From Dehalococcoidia bacterium (GTDB lineage: Bacteria > Chloroflexota > Dehalococcoidia > SHYB01), in assembly GCA_965261455.1 (NCBI GenBank), contig OZ253453.1:1145526-1209525 (forward strand): 64,000 nt of DNA, given 5' to 3'. Both the position numbers and the translations under genes were made by a program. Positions 1 to 9,383 of this stretch are shown here, piece after piece; position 1 is the first letter of the stretch; each line of letters opens with the position of its first letter. Below the pieces are notes generated by a model. It worked only from the letters and a program-made list of their open reading frames with translations, had not been told where the DNA came from and did not search any database.

Positions 1-878
1 AGGCGTTTCGCGAAATCATCGGCTGACTTCAAGACCGCCAGCTTTTCTCCGATGAGGGAATCCATAGACGAGGCGAGTTGCACACCGGAGGCACGAACGG
101 CCACTACATGATCCTCAAGTCTTGTCTCAGTTACCTTCCTGAGGAGGAACCGTAAACGGTCAGTAGGTGCGTACTCTTGTATGCGGCCGTTAATTGCTGT
201 TTTCAATTCGTCGCAGCGCGACATCGGATCACTTACCGTCGGGTCACTGTCGCAGTAGTCCCGATAGAGAATATCAACGGCTTGGAGGATGTCTTCATCC
301 GCTGGAGAGCCGAACGTATCAATCTGATGTTGCTCCATTTGCTTGAGTTTGGTCTTGCTTTCTACAATGTGGGACTCAACCTCCACGTATCGTGCTAGCT
401 TGTGGAGGTTCTCTGCAGCGAATTCCATTTCAGTCAATCCCAACAACGGCAATAGCGCGGAGTACTTTTCGCCTTTTCTGTCGTGAATAAACCGCGAGAC
501 TTCGTCCTGCCTGAGGACCGTCTGTCTATATTGCCAATTAGGCATGCCTATGTGTTCGGCCCCTGAAATCTTCGATGACCCACTAGGTCTGAATTCGACA
601 TTGAGCTGTGAATCGTCCCTGAACTGGAACTTCAACGTGGTTTTGTCAGATTCGGATTTGTGAGTGTTGGGAATTGCATTGACTAGGTGGGAGCCACTGT
701 ATTCATTCTTGAGATGTTCTATGCCGTTATTGTTGACAACGTACTCTACCGCATCTACAAAGGACGACTTACCTGATCCATTTTCTCCATAGACAACCAT
801 GGACTTGCCGTTTGGCTCAAGCGCAACTGGGGTAGCAGCTCCACGAAACCATGCCAACTCTATGGACTTAATTCTCAT
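1..878 (-). CDS. SMC/Rad50/RecF-like AAA ATPase, N-terminal part (runs off window start)
   Basis: Not in ORF track; translated by hand from ATG 878: MRIKSIELAWFRGA...VYGENGSGKSS (Walker A), Q-loop-like LRQDEV, then helical region; no stop seen before window start. Confidence 0.85.
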   Translation of the reverse strand, partial: MRIKSIELAWFRGAATPVALEPNGKSMVVYGENGSGKSSFVDAVEYVVNNNGIEHLKNEYSGSHLVNAIPNTHKSESDKTTLKFQFRDDSQLNVEFRPSGSSKISGAEHIGMPNWQYRQTVLRQDEVSRFIHDRKGEKYSALLPLLGLTEMEFAAENLHKLARYVEVESHIVESKTKLKQMEQHQIDTFGSPADEDILQAVDILYRDYCDSDPTVSDPMSRCDELKTAINGRIQEYAPTDRLRFLLRKVTETRLEDHVVAVRASGVQLASSMDSLIGEKLAVLKSADDFAKR

Positions 879-1110
879 AGTTATCTCTTAGGTCGGTTGT
901 TGCTTGCACCATGGCTTCAATCAGCTGCCGGGCAACCTCTTTTAGGCCTGTTGCGGTTAGCTCGCGTTCGAGTAGCCTTCCACTCAAGAGTTCTTCCATG
1001 ACAGCAGAGGCTTGAGTGGTGACTTGAGGGTTCGTCTCAAAGCTTTCTTCTATTAGGGTGGCAGCCCATTTACTGTCTGCTACGTCGACTGATGGTTGTT
1101 CTTTAGTCAT
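868..1110 (-). CDS. Small acidic helical hypothetical protein coupled to the ATPase
   Basis: 80 aa ORF with GGGGGAG SD; stop overlaps ATPase start. Confidence 0.7.
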   Translation of the reverse strand: MTKEQPSVDVADSKWAATLIEESFETNPQVTTQASAVMEELLSGRLLERELTATGLKEVARQLIEAMVQATTDLRDNYEN

Positions 1111-1286
1111 GACTCCCCCTTTCGTGGTGGGAAACGCATCTCTATTGTGGAGTTGCAGGTGGGAACTGATTGCGTTGGGTGTGCTGAAGTTAGGTTCGAT
1201 GACAATGGCAGTGGGCCTAAGTTGACGGTAGGCAGAACCATCTTTGAGATGTGGATGGCACTGTGAGGCGCATTGCCCCCATCCTC

Positions 1287-4200
1287 TTACACAATCCCGT
1301 CCGAACAGACGATGCGAATGACTTGTGGCTCCGCAGGCTGGGACCGGTCGGTGTCATCGGGCGGGTTGAGGCGGTACCGCTCCCGGAGGGCTTCGAGGCG
1401 GGTCAGGAGCACGGAGCCTTCAAGCCTCAGACTCCTGATTTCGCCCAAGGCGGTCTCAACCTGTGGCGACACCTCCCCCAGGAATATCTGCCGCAGCACT
1501 TCGATGCGGCTCAACAGTCCCGCGTCCTCATGGGCCTCGCGCATGGCGATGCCGAGGTGACGTGAGATGTACCGGCGTGCCCTTGTGTCACGCGGTCTTC
1601 TGGCCCTGCCCAGCCGTCGTTGGAAGTCTATGCTGAATGCCTCGAACGCGGCCATGACGCGCTCGTTCGTGTCTGTGGGCAGTTGCTGGGCAGATGTGTT
1701 TGGGCTGCACTCGGCCGCCGCGATGAGTTGCGCCGGGCTAAGGGCGCGCGGCTCCACGCCACTGCCGACCGCATAGCAGCTTCTCACCCCCCCGGCACTC
1801 AGCAGGACCAGCGTCTCCTCCTGCCTTGGGTCATCGAAGGGAGACGATATGGATGCCATCGTCGCCGGCGAAATAAGAGGGGCCTGCGCTCCCTCAACCG
1901 CCAGCACGTTCTGCGCGTAGCGGTCGTTCACGGCCGAAGGCTGTTGCGTGCGCGCCGACAAGGCGGAGCGTATGCCGTCGGGCAGATGGGTGATCGTTCG
2001 CCACAAGTCCGGGTCATCTTCCTGGATGCGCTGGAGCAGGGTTATGGCCCGCTGATTGGCAGCCACCTCGTCCAGCCCGTCGTCCATCTCGGGCAGGGTC
2101 TTGCCCTCGTAGATGCGGTACATGGCACTGGCGTTCAGCCGCTCGGCATCGGAGAGCAGCTTGCTGTCCAGCCCGATAAGGTCGTGGAACGACTGTATGC
2201 GCCGGTGCAGTCGTTGGGTCAGCGACAGCTCCTCGTCTACCGCCACGTCGGGCCACATGTTGTGCAGGTTGATGACCTCGTGCTCAGTGCCGATGCGGTC
2301 GATGCGCCCGAACCGCTGGATGAGCCGCACCGGGTTCCAGTGCAGGTCGTAGTTCAGCACACAGGCGCAGTCCTGCAGGTTCTGGCCTTCGGATACGATG
2401 TCCGTCGCTAGCAACACCCGAATCTCAGGGCCGGGCATGGCCTCGCGTGCTCCCAGGTTCCACGTTGGGGAGAACCGCTTCACGATTCTCTCGGCATCCT
2501 GGCTGGTGCTGCCGGTCAGCCGCGCGATGTCCGCCTGCTGCCCGTTGGGATTCAACTCCCTGTAGAGATACTCCACGGTCGTCTCGGCCTCGGAGAAGAC
2601 CAACACCTTTCCCGCCTGCACTTCAGGCCGAACCAGGAAATCCCGCAGAGCCCGAAGCTTGTCGTCGTCCTCCGGCCCGATTCCCTCGACACGCCCCAGA
2701 ATGTCTTTGAGCACATCGTGGTCAGCATCGAGGTCTCGCATCCACCTGTCGGCATCGAAGTCGACGACACTGTGGACCAGCTTGTCGCGCTCGCTGCCCG
2801 CTTGCTGACGGCGCTGCTCTTCCTGTTTGAGAACTTCCAGCAGGTCGTCCACGTCGAAGGACTGCCCGGCCAGCAGACGCGTCGCCGTGCTGCCGATGGG
2901 AACGAAGCTGGAGGCCAGCGCCTCCCGGAAGTTCCGGTTGCTGGTCATCAGGGAGCGGAGCGTGGAGCGGAACGCCTCAATGCTGGACTCCAGCCGCTTC
3001 AGCAACAGAACGCCCATCAATCTGGCAATCCTGTCCCCCGCCCGGAAGAGGTCGCGGTATTCCGGCTTCGCCTCGGCTTCTTCCTTGATGTACTCCGTCG
3101 CCCGATACCTTGCCGCCTTGTGCTCGCGCAGCAACTCCTCCAACTCTGACAGTGGTCCAGCCTTGGCGTACACCTTGTCCAGCCGGTACCCCACGTTGTC
3201 CAAGATCGGGTCGGGAAAACGCACCGGCTTGCCGTCCACGAGCGCCGTATCTCCGTACAGGTCACGTATGTCCTTTCGACGGCGGCGGATGAACACCGGC
3301 AGCAGCACCTGGTCTATCTCCGCCTTGGGCACCTTCGGCTTGTCAGGAGGTAGCGGAGGCACTCCAATCGATCCCGAAGCCTGCCACGCGCCGAACTCCG
3401 CCTCGTAGTTCTCGTACAGGGCGCGGTAGACCAGCCACTCCTGGGCATTGTGGAAGTAGGCCTCCAGGCTGACTGGCTCGATGTTCAGGCCGTGCTCCGT
3501 GTCGTGGAGGAACAGCCGGAGCTGGCGGTAGATGTCCATGGGACCTAGGTTCTGTGGTGTGGCGCTGAGCAGAATCAGCTTGTGGTCGCCCGATTCCAGG
3601 TAGGTGGTAAGTCCTCTGGAACGCTGGTTAATATTGCGGAAGTTGTGTGCCTCATCCACCAGCACTGGCCCGCGATTGCGGTATGTTTGCTCAAGGGCGA
3701 TGCCTTGTCCGGGCTGGGCTGCGTCCACGTAGCGCCCCAGTTCCTCGTCGAACTCGGCTTCAGCAGGCGCAGCGATCATGCTGTGGGAGACGACCTCGGC
3801 CCCCAAGGCGAAGCGCTCGTTGAACACCTCCCACATGGGCTTCAGCCTGGCCGGGCAGAGAATAAGCGGCGGCCCCTCGTTGGGATAGCTGACCCGAAGC
3901 TGGCGCAGCAGTTCCGCTCCGATGAAGGTCTTGCCCAGACCCACCACGTCGCCGATGTAGCACCCTCCGTAGGCCTCGATCATGGACAGCCCGCGGCGCA
4001 CGGCGTCCAACTGGAAGTTGGCCAGCTCCTGGTCTCGTGGCGGAACTGTCAGCTCGCCACCACCTACGTCGGTGTAGTAGAGCTCGTAGAGCGCCTTCAG
4101 ATACACGTGGTACGGTGGGGTCTTGGCCAGGACCCACGACCGCTCCAGCTCCGTCACGAGGGCGGCGCTGATGTCTTCCGAGTCTCCCCACAGCGCGTCG

Positions 4201-4781
4201 AACCATTCGCGCAGGGCTGCCATCTCCGCGTCGCCGGTGACGCGCACGTTGAGCTCCGTGTTGCCGGTGAACCCAGCTAGGGTGAGGTTGGATGAGCCGA
4301 CTACTGCCGCGCCGGGTTCGGCGTGGTTGTCATACCAGCAGAGGTACGCCTTGGCGTGAAGAGGGCTTCGCAGGTAGGCCCGCACCTCCACCTTGCCGAG
4401 GGACACTATGTCCCTCAGCTTCGAGACAGCGACCTCTGTGCCCTGTTCCTGAGGGAGCACGGCCACGCCCTCTGCGACGCGGGCGACGGTCTCCTGGGCT
4501 ATCTGGCTTCGCTGGCTGCGGCGCACGAGGGCGTCCACGTCCAGCCGGGCACGCAGGGCTTGGTGCTGCTGGAGGCCTAGAGCGACCTCCTCCAGCACCT
4601 GCCGGTCCGTGCGCCCCACCAAAATGCGCACCTTGTCCAGTCGCGCTAGGTCGTCGGCGACGGCCCCGAAGCCGCCGATGAAGAAGTAGCCGACAGCGAT
4701 GTCGGCCTTGGCGGAACTGCCCAGCATCTCCTTCAGGCGAGCCAGCAGCGTGGGGTCCGTCGTGGAGTGCAGGATATTCAA
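1287..4781 (-). CDS. PLD-nuclease/SNF2-type helicase fusion
   Basis: N-terminal PLD motif HAKAY..GSSNLT..NTELN; DVVGLGKT, DEAH, SATP, SEGQNLQ, QRFGRIDR helicase motifs. Confidence 0.9.
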   Translation of the reverse strand: MNILHSTTDPTLLARLKEMLGSSAKADIAVGYFFIGGFGAVADDLARLDKVRILVGRTDRQVLEEVALGLQQHQALRARLDVDALVRRSQRSQIAQETVARVAEGVAVLPQEQGTEVAVSKLRDIVSLGKVEVRAYLRSPLHAKAYLCWYDNHAEPGAAVVGSSNLTLAGFTGNTELNVRVTGDAEMAALREWFDALWGDSEDISAALVTELERSWVLAKTPPYHVYLKALYELYYTDVGGGELTVPPRDQELANFQLDAVRRGLSMIEAYGGCYIGDVVGLGKTFIGAELLRQLRVSYPNEGPPLILCPARLKPMWEVFNERFALGAEVVSHSMIAAPAEAEFDEELGRYVDAAQPGQGIALEQTYRNRGPVLVDEAHNFRNINQRSRGLTTYLESGDHKLILLSATPQNLGPMDIYRQLRLFLHDTEHGLNIEPVSLEAYFHNAQEWLVYRALYENYEAEFGAWQASGSIGVPPLPPDKPKVPKAEIDQVLLPVFIRRRRKDIRDLYGDTALVDGKPVRFPDPILDNVGYRLDKVYAKAGPLSELEELLREHKAARYRATEYIKEEAEAKPEYRDLFRAGDRIARLMGVLLLKRLESSIEAFRSTLRSLMTSNRNFREALASSFVPIGSTATRLLAGQSFDVDDLLEVLKQEEQRRQQAGSERDKLVHSVVDFDADRWMRDLDADHDVLKDILGRVEGIGPEDDDKLRALRDFLVRPEVQAGKVLVFSEAETTVEYLYRELNPNGQQADIARLTGSTSQDAERIVKRFSPTWNLGAREAMPGPEIRVLLATDIVSEGQNLQDCACVLNYDLHWNPVRLIQRFGRIDRIGTEHEVINLHNMWPDVAVDEELSLTQRLHRRIQSFHDLIGLDSKLLSDAERLNASAMYRIYEGKTLPEMDDGLDEVAANQRAITLLQRIQEDDPDLWRTITHLPDGIRSALSARTQQPSAVNDRYAQNVLAVEGAQAPLISPATMASISSPFDDPRQEETLVLLSAGGVRSCYAVGSGVEPRALSPAQLIAAAECSPNTSAQQLPTDTNERVMAAFEAFSIDFQRRLGRARRPRDTRARRYISRHLGIAMREAHEDAGLLSRIEVLRQIFLGEVSPQVETALGEIRSLRLEGSVLLTRLEALRERYRLNPPDDTDRSQPAEPQVIRIVCSDGIV

Positions 4782-4815
4782 CGGCTTGCACCTGTATGGG
4801 AGGAGTGGCTTGGCA

Positions 4816-5238
4816 TCATGCCTGCCCCCCTCTCAGCAGGGCGGCGAAGCCAGCTTGTTCAAAGTCCCGGTCGTAGGCCAATGCCTCGGTGATGCCGCGC
4901 TCCTCCATGACCAGAAAGCTGGCGCAGTCCGTGAGACTCCACCGCTGGTCACTGCGAGCGGCGTACCGCTCCACCGCAGCCCTGAACTGCGCCCCCGTCT
5001 GCTCGACGACCTCAACGTACGGGTCGGTCTCCAGGTCGTGAATCATCCGTATTGCCAATCGTCGACGGAATTCCCCCATGCCCGCCATAGCGTCAAGTGT
5101 CTCGGTCAAGACCATTTGGGTTGTCACGACGTTAGTTGTTCCGAGGCCATCGGCAACGCTGACTGCCCTTGGGTGCAGAGTATCTCTGGGATTCCATACA
5201 GCTATCCAGTAGCCTGCATCAGCGAAGACGCCACTCAT
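4816..5238 (-). CDS. vapC: PIN-domain toxin
   Basis: VFADAGYWIA, SLTDCASF, YDRDF PIN motifs; TAATG-coupled to upstream small gene. Confidence 0.9.
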   Translation of the reverse strand: MSGVFADAGYWIAVWNPRDTLHPRAVSVADGLGTTNVVTTQMVLTETLDAMAGMGEFRRRLAIRMIHDLETDPYVEVVEQTGAQFRAAVERYAARSDQRWSLTDCASFLVMEERGITEALAYDRDFEQAGFAALLRGGQA

Positions 5239-5513
5239 TAGTCCTCTTCCTTGGGATGACCGTAGAGGTAGTGTTTCTTGTTCTTGGCCAGGTCAGCGGG
5301 GAGGTCTTCCCACGCCTCCGGCGGAACATCTTTCTGCATCTCCAGGACCCGCTCTACAATCCCCGCCAGCCCTTGCTTCGGTGCCGGCGTCTCCTCCGAC
5401 ACTCCCCCAGGGGTGCCCTCCACCAATACCGTCACCTCAGCGCCCTCTTCGAGGTCTAGGGGCTCAAGCGGCGTAAGGACTCCATTCGCATACTTTGCTC
5501 GCACGGTGCTCAT
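5238..5513 (-). CDS. Antitoxin family protein (AF2212/DUF104-like)
   Basis: MSTVRAKYANGVLTPLEPLDLEEGAEVTV N-terminus, LPADLAKNKKHYLYG C-terminus; GGAGG SD before ATG 5513. Confidence 0.8.
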   Translation of the reverse strand: MSTVRAKYANGVLTPLEPLDLEEGAEVTVLVEGTPGGVSEETPAPKQGLAGIVERVLEMQKDVPPEAWEDLPADLAKNKKHYLYGHPKEED

Positions 5514-5622
5514 CTGACTTCCTCCACAAAGAGCGTTTACCTTCGTATTAGTCCGTTTCCTTCGGATGGCCGTCGAGGTTCCCGATGCAAGGCTCAATTG
5601 GTGATTAACGCGTTCACCCTGT

Positions 5623-5994
5623 TCATGGGTCTTCCTCAATCAGCACTTCGCCGCATATCCGAGCGTCAACCGTAATCCTGCTCCCGACAAGCAAAGCCAT
5701 CCCAATCAGCGATTCGCTAGCAGTTTCGATGACCACCACATCACGCTGCTGTCCGTGCCATAACACTACTCCGTCATAGTTGGACATCGTCGCTTCTTCG
5801 CCAGTTGCGAGGGTCCAAGATGTTTGACCTCTATAGGTCAAACCGAGATTCTGGATTATTTCTCTAGGTAACGCTAAGTCTCCGTTGAATCCGGTGTCCA
5901 GAACGATTTCCAAAGGAAGAAACACTCCATTCCTGTCTGAGACTTCGATAGGGACTAACAGGTCCAGGCTTTCAGAAACTCTCCCTGTAATCAT
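5623..5994 (-). CDS. Clan AA (retropepsin-like) aspartic protease
   Basis: IVLDTGFNG catalytic motif and LIGMALL C-terminal motif; ATGA overlap with MTase stop. Confidence 0.85.
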   Translation of the reverse strand: MITGRVSESLDLLVPIEVSDRNGVFLPLEIVLDTGFNGDLALPREIIQNLGLTYRGQTSWTLATGEEATMSNYDGVVLWHGQQRDVVVIETASESLIGMALLVGSRITVDARICGEVLIEEDP

Positions 5995-8900
5995 GATGTA
6001 AGAGCTGGGGACCTAATCCCCATTCTGTAGGTCGTTGAATACCCGATCCGTACTGTATACGTAATCACTCCAGGTCGACGGGCCACCAATCGACGAGTGG
6101 CGGCAGCGTGGTTAACGTCTATCTCATAGTCCTCACTGTAGATGTCAATAACCGCAAAGTTACCCCGCTCGGTGTCTTGAACTATAGGGCGTATCTTTCG
6201 GTTGTAAATTGCTTGGCCCCGAACTGCGACACCGCCGACTCCGTCAAGTTTGGGTTCCGCTGATGGCTGAGGAGCCTTTTCGACCATGCCGTAGACCGCT
6301 TCGTATGACGACAATCTTTGTTGGATTGACTCCACCTCGCCGGGGGAAAAGCCATAAAGTGAACCAACCATAATGTCGAGGCGGTGTTCATGGGTTAGTG
6401 CTCTTGCAGTTGCATCCAGACCGCAGTCCACACCCCCTAATTTCAATAGGTCGAAAACTAGCTCTTCGATTTCGTTGAGGGTGGCATCTTCTGGTAAAGG
6501 AGGGAATGGAAGTTGATTAAGTTCGCCAGCCGACACTTGGGTATTGCTATTCAACCTCCTAAAGGCGAACTCCATCAAGCTAGAATTAAGTACTCCTAGC
6601 AGAAAGACGTAACGTGAACTTTGGGGCAGCGGTATAAAGTTTGTGTGGTTCTCCGAGTAAATGTTGTTTGCTGCCACGTCATCCGGGTGGATCAAAGTTG
6701 AAATGATGCGCCTGGGCTGTTCGTTGGCAGTAACGCGTTGTGTCACGATTCCCATCCCCGTAATGTTGGGAGGCACTACGGTCGTGATACCATTGGCTAA
6801 CCACTCTTTTCCGACCCGTGTACGGGACGCTCGCCTAACATATCTCTGAATGTTTTCGGCCCATATCAGTCGGCAGGAATCGTCTGCGTTGGTCGGCTGT
6901 GCATACTCTTGGTATTTGTCAAACTGTATCTTGCCCGTCTCAGCTCTAAGGCCAAGATTCGACAACTTGACGCCAAACGAATTCATGCGCTCGAACACTC
7001 GGTACTCGAAGTCTGAAGCTCCAATGTAAAAGGCCCCGTCGTATCTTTCGTCCAGGAGTACCCGATCAGATGCCACCGTAACCGTGTCCTCCGGGTCGTT
7101 AAGGTCAGTGGGTATCGAAATCGCCCGTGTGTTAACTTGGTATGACGTGGCAGGTTCCGTTTTCTTAGTTAGATGCAGGATGATGCACTCCTGCAATACA
7201 CGCTCGAAAGTGTTATGCCTGTCGCCTATCAGTACAACGCCTTTCAGATGTGACCGCTGTTTGATTACTTTCCGAAGGTTCGTGAAGTACCTATCGGTTA
7301 ACAGAGTCCTCGGGTTAATGAAAGTCAATTGGGATCCGTCTCTCATAACTTGCAAGCTTCGTTGGATGAACAGTCCATAGGTGTTCATTCGTCCATATAT
7401 ACCCTCTTTGTACGTCGCCCGAAGTCGCTCATCACTTATAACTACATACGGCGGATTGGCGACAGCGATGTCGAACCCCCGACGCTGAGAGAACACCTCG
7501 GCGAACTCAACCCGCCAGTCGGTGGCCTCGGCGGGCGCGGGCGAGTCGGCAAGCGCCTCCCTGAGCTCGTCCTCCACCCGCTCTATATCCTGCCTGAGCG
7601 CGTCCTTGCCCGTCGTGGCCTCCATGTATTGAGCCTTGAGGCCGACGAGCTGGGCCGCGACGCTTTCTGCCCTGTGGCGGAAAAGGTCCCCGTAGTTACT
7701 TGGGCTAGGGTCAGGCCCCAACAGGCTGTCGCCGCAAAGCACCTTGAAGTCCAGGTTGGGCAGAGGCGGTGGCACATCGCCCTCGTAGTCGATGGCCAGG
7801 GAGAGCCACATCCGCAGCATGGCGATGTTGACCGCGAAGTCGTCGATGTCCACGCCGTAGAGGTTGCGCTGGATGACATGCATCTTCAGATCGTACAGCC
7901 CCTTTGGGGTCACGCCCACGTTGAACAGGGTGGTCTGCAACTCCACCAGTTCCTGCATCATGCCTAGGAGGTAGGCCCCAGAGCCGCAGGCGGGATCAAC
8001 CACGGTCACCTCATCCAGCGTCTGCGCCACCTTGCGGGCAGACGCCACCGAGATGCCGGACGTGTCGCGTTCGTCCACGAATCGTGCGATGGCTTCCGGT
8101 GTGACGCCGGTGTCCTGGCCCTCCAGGTATCCCTTAAGCGCCTCGCGGCACATGAAAGAGACCACGGGGCGGGGAGTGTAGTACGCGCCGGAGTCGTGGC
8201 GTCCGGTGACAAGCTCCTCGAACACCTTACCCAGCATCTCAGGGTCCACCGCCACTTCGACGTCGAACGGCGTGGACTCCATCACGGTGAAGTTGAAGCG
8301 GTCGAAGAGGTTTCCGAGGATACTCTCAATAACGTCATCAGGCACCACCACACCTGAGCGCTTGTCCAGACCCGTCTCCTCGAACAGGCCGCCGTTGAGG
8401 AAGGGAGGCCCGCCGATGAGAGCGTACATCACCGGGTTATTACGCATCAGGTCGCGGGACTGAGGATTGTTCAGTCCAGCAAAGAAGAGGGGCCTCAGCC
8501 TGTTGACATAGAAGTTCTTGCTCTCGCCCTCAGTGGCCCGGTGGTCACTCCACAGCGCGTTGAGATAGTCCTTGTCGCCCTTGAAAGTGAGCCACCCCTT
8601 GCGCGACAGGAAGTAGACGAACATGAGCCGGTTGAAGAGGGTCTGGACGAATCGCCGCTTGATCTCAACGTCCTCGCCAAAGCCGGAGACATTGTTTTCT
8701 GCTGCCTGGAAGACCCGCTTGTACCCCGCGAAGAACTCCCTGGTAACGGGCTCAACATCGAAGGTTTGGTCCAGGGCCAGACGGACGCTGCCGCTCTCCC
8801 GGAGGTTCCAGTAGATGTTTGAGACCTGCTGAATCGCGGTGCGGCGGGACAGATCCCGCTCCACAACGAGGCGGCGCAGGACCGGCTGCGCTCTCTCGAA

Positions 8901-9293
8901 ACTGGGATAGACCAAGTGCAGTTGGCTCGCGGACGTGTTGGTGAAGACCAGGAGCAGGTCGCCGTCGAGCTGCTCCGCGACCCGCCTGGCCGCGGCGGAC
9001 GCCTCGCTCTTGCGCACACGGTCCGTCTCCGGGGTGTCCAGAGCGATGTACACCACATGCACACCGCCGGAGTAGGCTACGCGCTCAGCGTAGGCGGGCA
9101 AGGCCACGCTGCCTGCAGTGGCGCCGAGGTCCACGCTGCCGGAGGCTGGGGCGAAGTCCAGCGCCTCGACGAACAGCGCGCGCACGGCGGCGGCCCGCTC
9201 ACCCGCAGGCGCGGCGAAGATGCGTGCGATGCGGCCCTCTACCTCAACTGCGTCGTCTCGATTCCTTATGGGCATGCGTTCGCTTTCTCCCAT
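5991..9293 (-). CDS. Eco57I/type IIG-like N6-adenine DNA methyltransferase with TRD and an extra C-terminal domain
   Basis: GAYYTP, DPACGSG (SAM-binding), NPPY (catalytic), NGGLF, TaqI-like C-terminal LLGVLNSSL; start may be 9275. Confidence 0.9.
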   Translation of the reverse strand: MGESERMPIRNRDDAVEVEGRIARIFAAPAGERAAAVRALFVEALDFAPASGSVDLGATAGSVALPAYAERVAYSGGVHVVYIALDTPETDRVRKSEASAAARRVAEQLDGDLLLVFTNTSASQLHLVYPSFERAQPVLRRLVVERDLSRRTAIQQVSNIYWNLRESGSVRLALDQTFDVEPVTREFFAGYKRVFQAAENNVSGFGEDVEIKRRFVQTLFNRLMFVYFLSRKGWLTFKGDKDYLNALWSDHRATEGESKNFYVNRLRPLFFAGLNNPQSRDLMRNNPVMYALIGGPPFLNGGLFEETGLDKRSGVVVPDDVIESILGNLFDRFNFTVMESTPFDVEVAVDPEMLGKVFEELVTGRHDSGAYYTPRPVVSFMCREALKGYLEGQDTGVTPEAIARFVDERDTSGISVASARKVAQTLDEVTVVDPACGSGAYLLGMMQELVELQTTLFNVGVTPKGLYDLKMHVIQRNLYGVDIDDFAVNIAMLRMWLSLAIDYEGDVPPPLPNLDFKVLCGDSLLGPDPSPSNYGDLFRHRAESVAAQLVGLKAQYMEATTGKDALRQDIERVEDELREALADSPAPAEATDWRVEFAEVFSQRRGFDIAVANPPYVVISDERLRATYKEGIYGRMNTYGLFIQRSLQVMRDGSQLTFINPRTLLTDRYFTNLRKVIKQRSHLKGVVLIGDRHNTFERVLQECIILHLTKKTEPATSYQVNTRAISIPTDLNDPEDTVTVASDRVLLDERYDGAFYIGASDFEYRVFERMNSFGVKLSNLGLRAETGKIQFDKYQEYAQPTNADDSCRLIWAENIQRYVRRASRTRVGKEWLANGITTVVPPNITGMGIVTQRVTANEQPRRIISTLIHPDDVAANNIYSENHTNFIPLPQSSRYVFLLGVLNSSLMEFAFRRLNSNTQVSAGELNQLPFPPLPEDATLNEIEELVFDLLKLGGVDCGLDATARALTHEHRLDIMVGSLYGFSPGEVESIQQRLSSYEAVYGMVEKAPQPSAEPKLDGVGGVAVRGQAIYNRKIRPIVQDTERGNFAVIDIYSEDYEIDVNHAAATRRLVARRPGVITYTVRIGYSTTYRMGIRSPALTS

Positions 9294-9337
9294 TGTCCCG
9301 GGATTCTAAGACTCTTCCCATCATACTCTCGATTGCT

Positions 9338-9350
9338 GTTGATAATCAAC
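9338..9350. promoter_or_regulatory. Perfect palindrome GTTGATAATCAAC, candidate XRE operator
   Basis: Inverted repeat in the AT-rich divergent gap between MTase and XRE genes. Confidence 0.5.
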
Positions 9351-9383
9351 TCAATATCAGCTACCCTATAGGAGGGGTACAGC

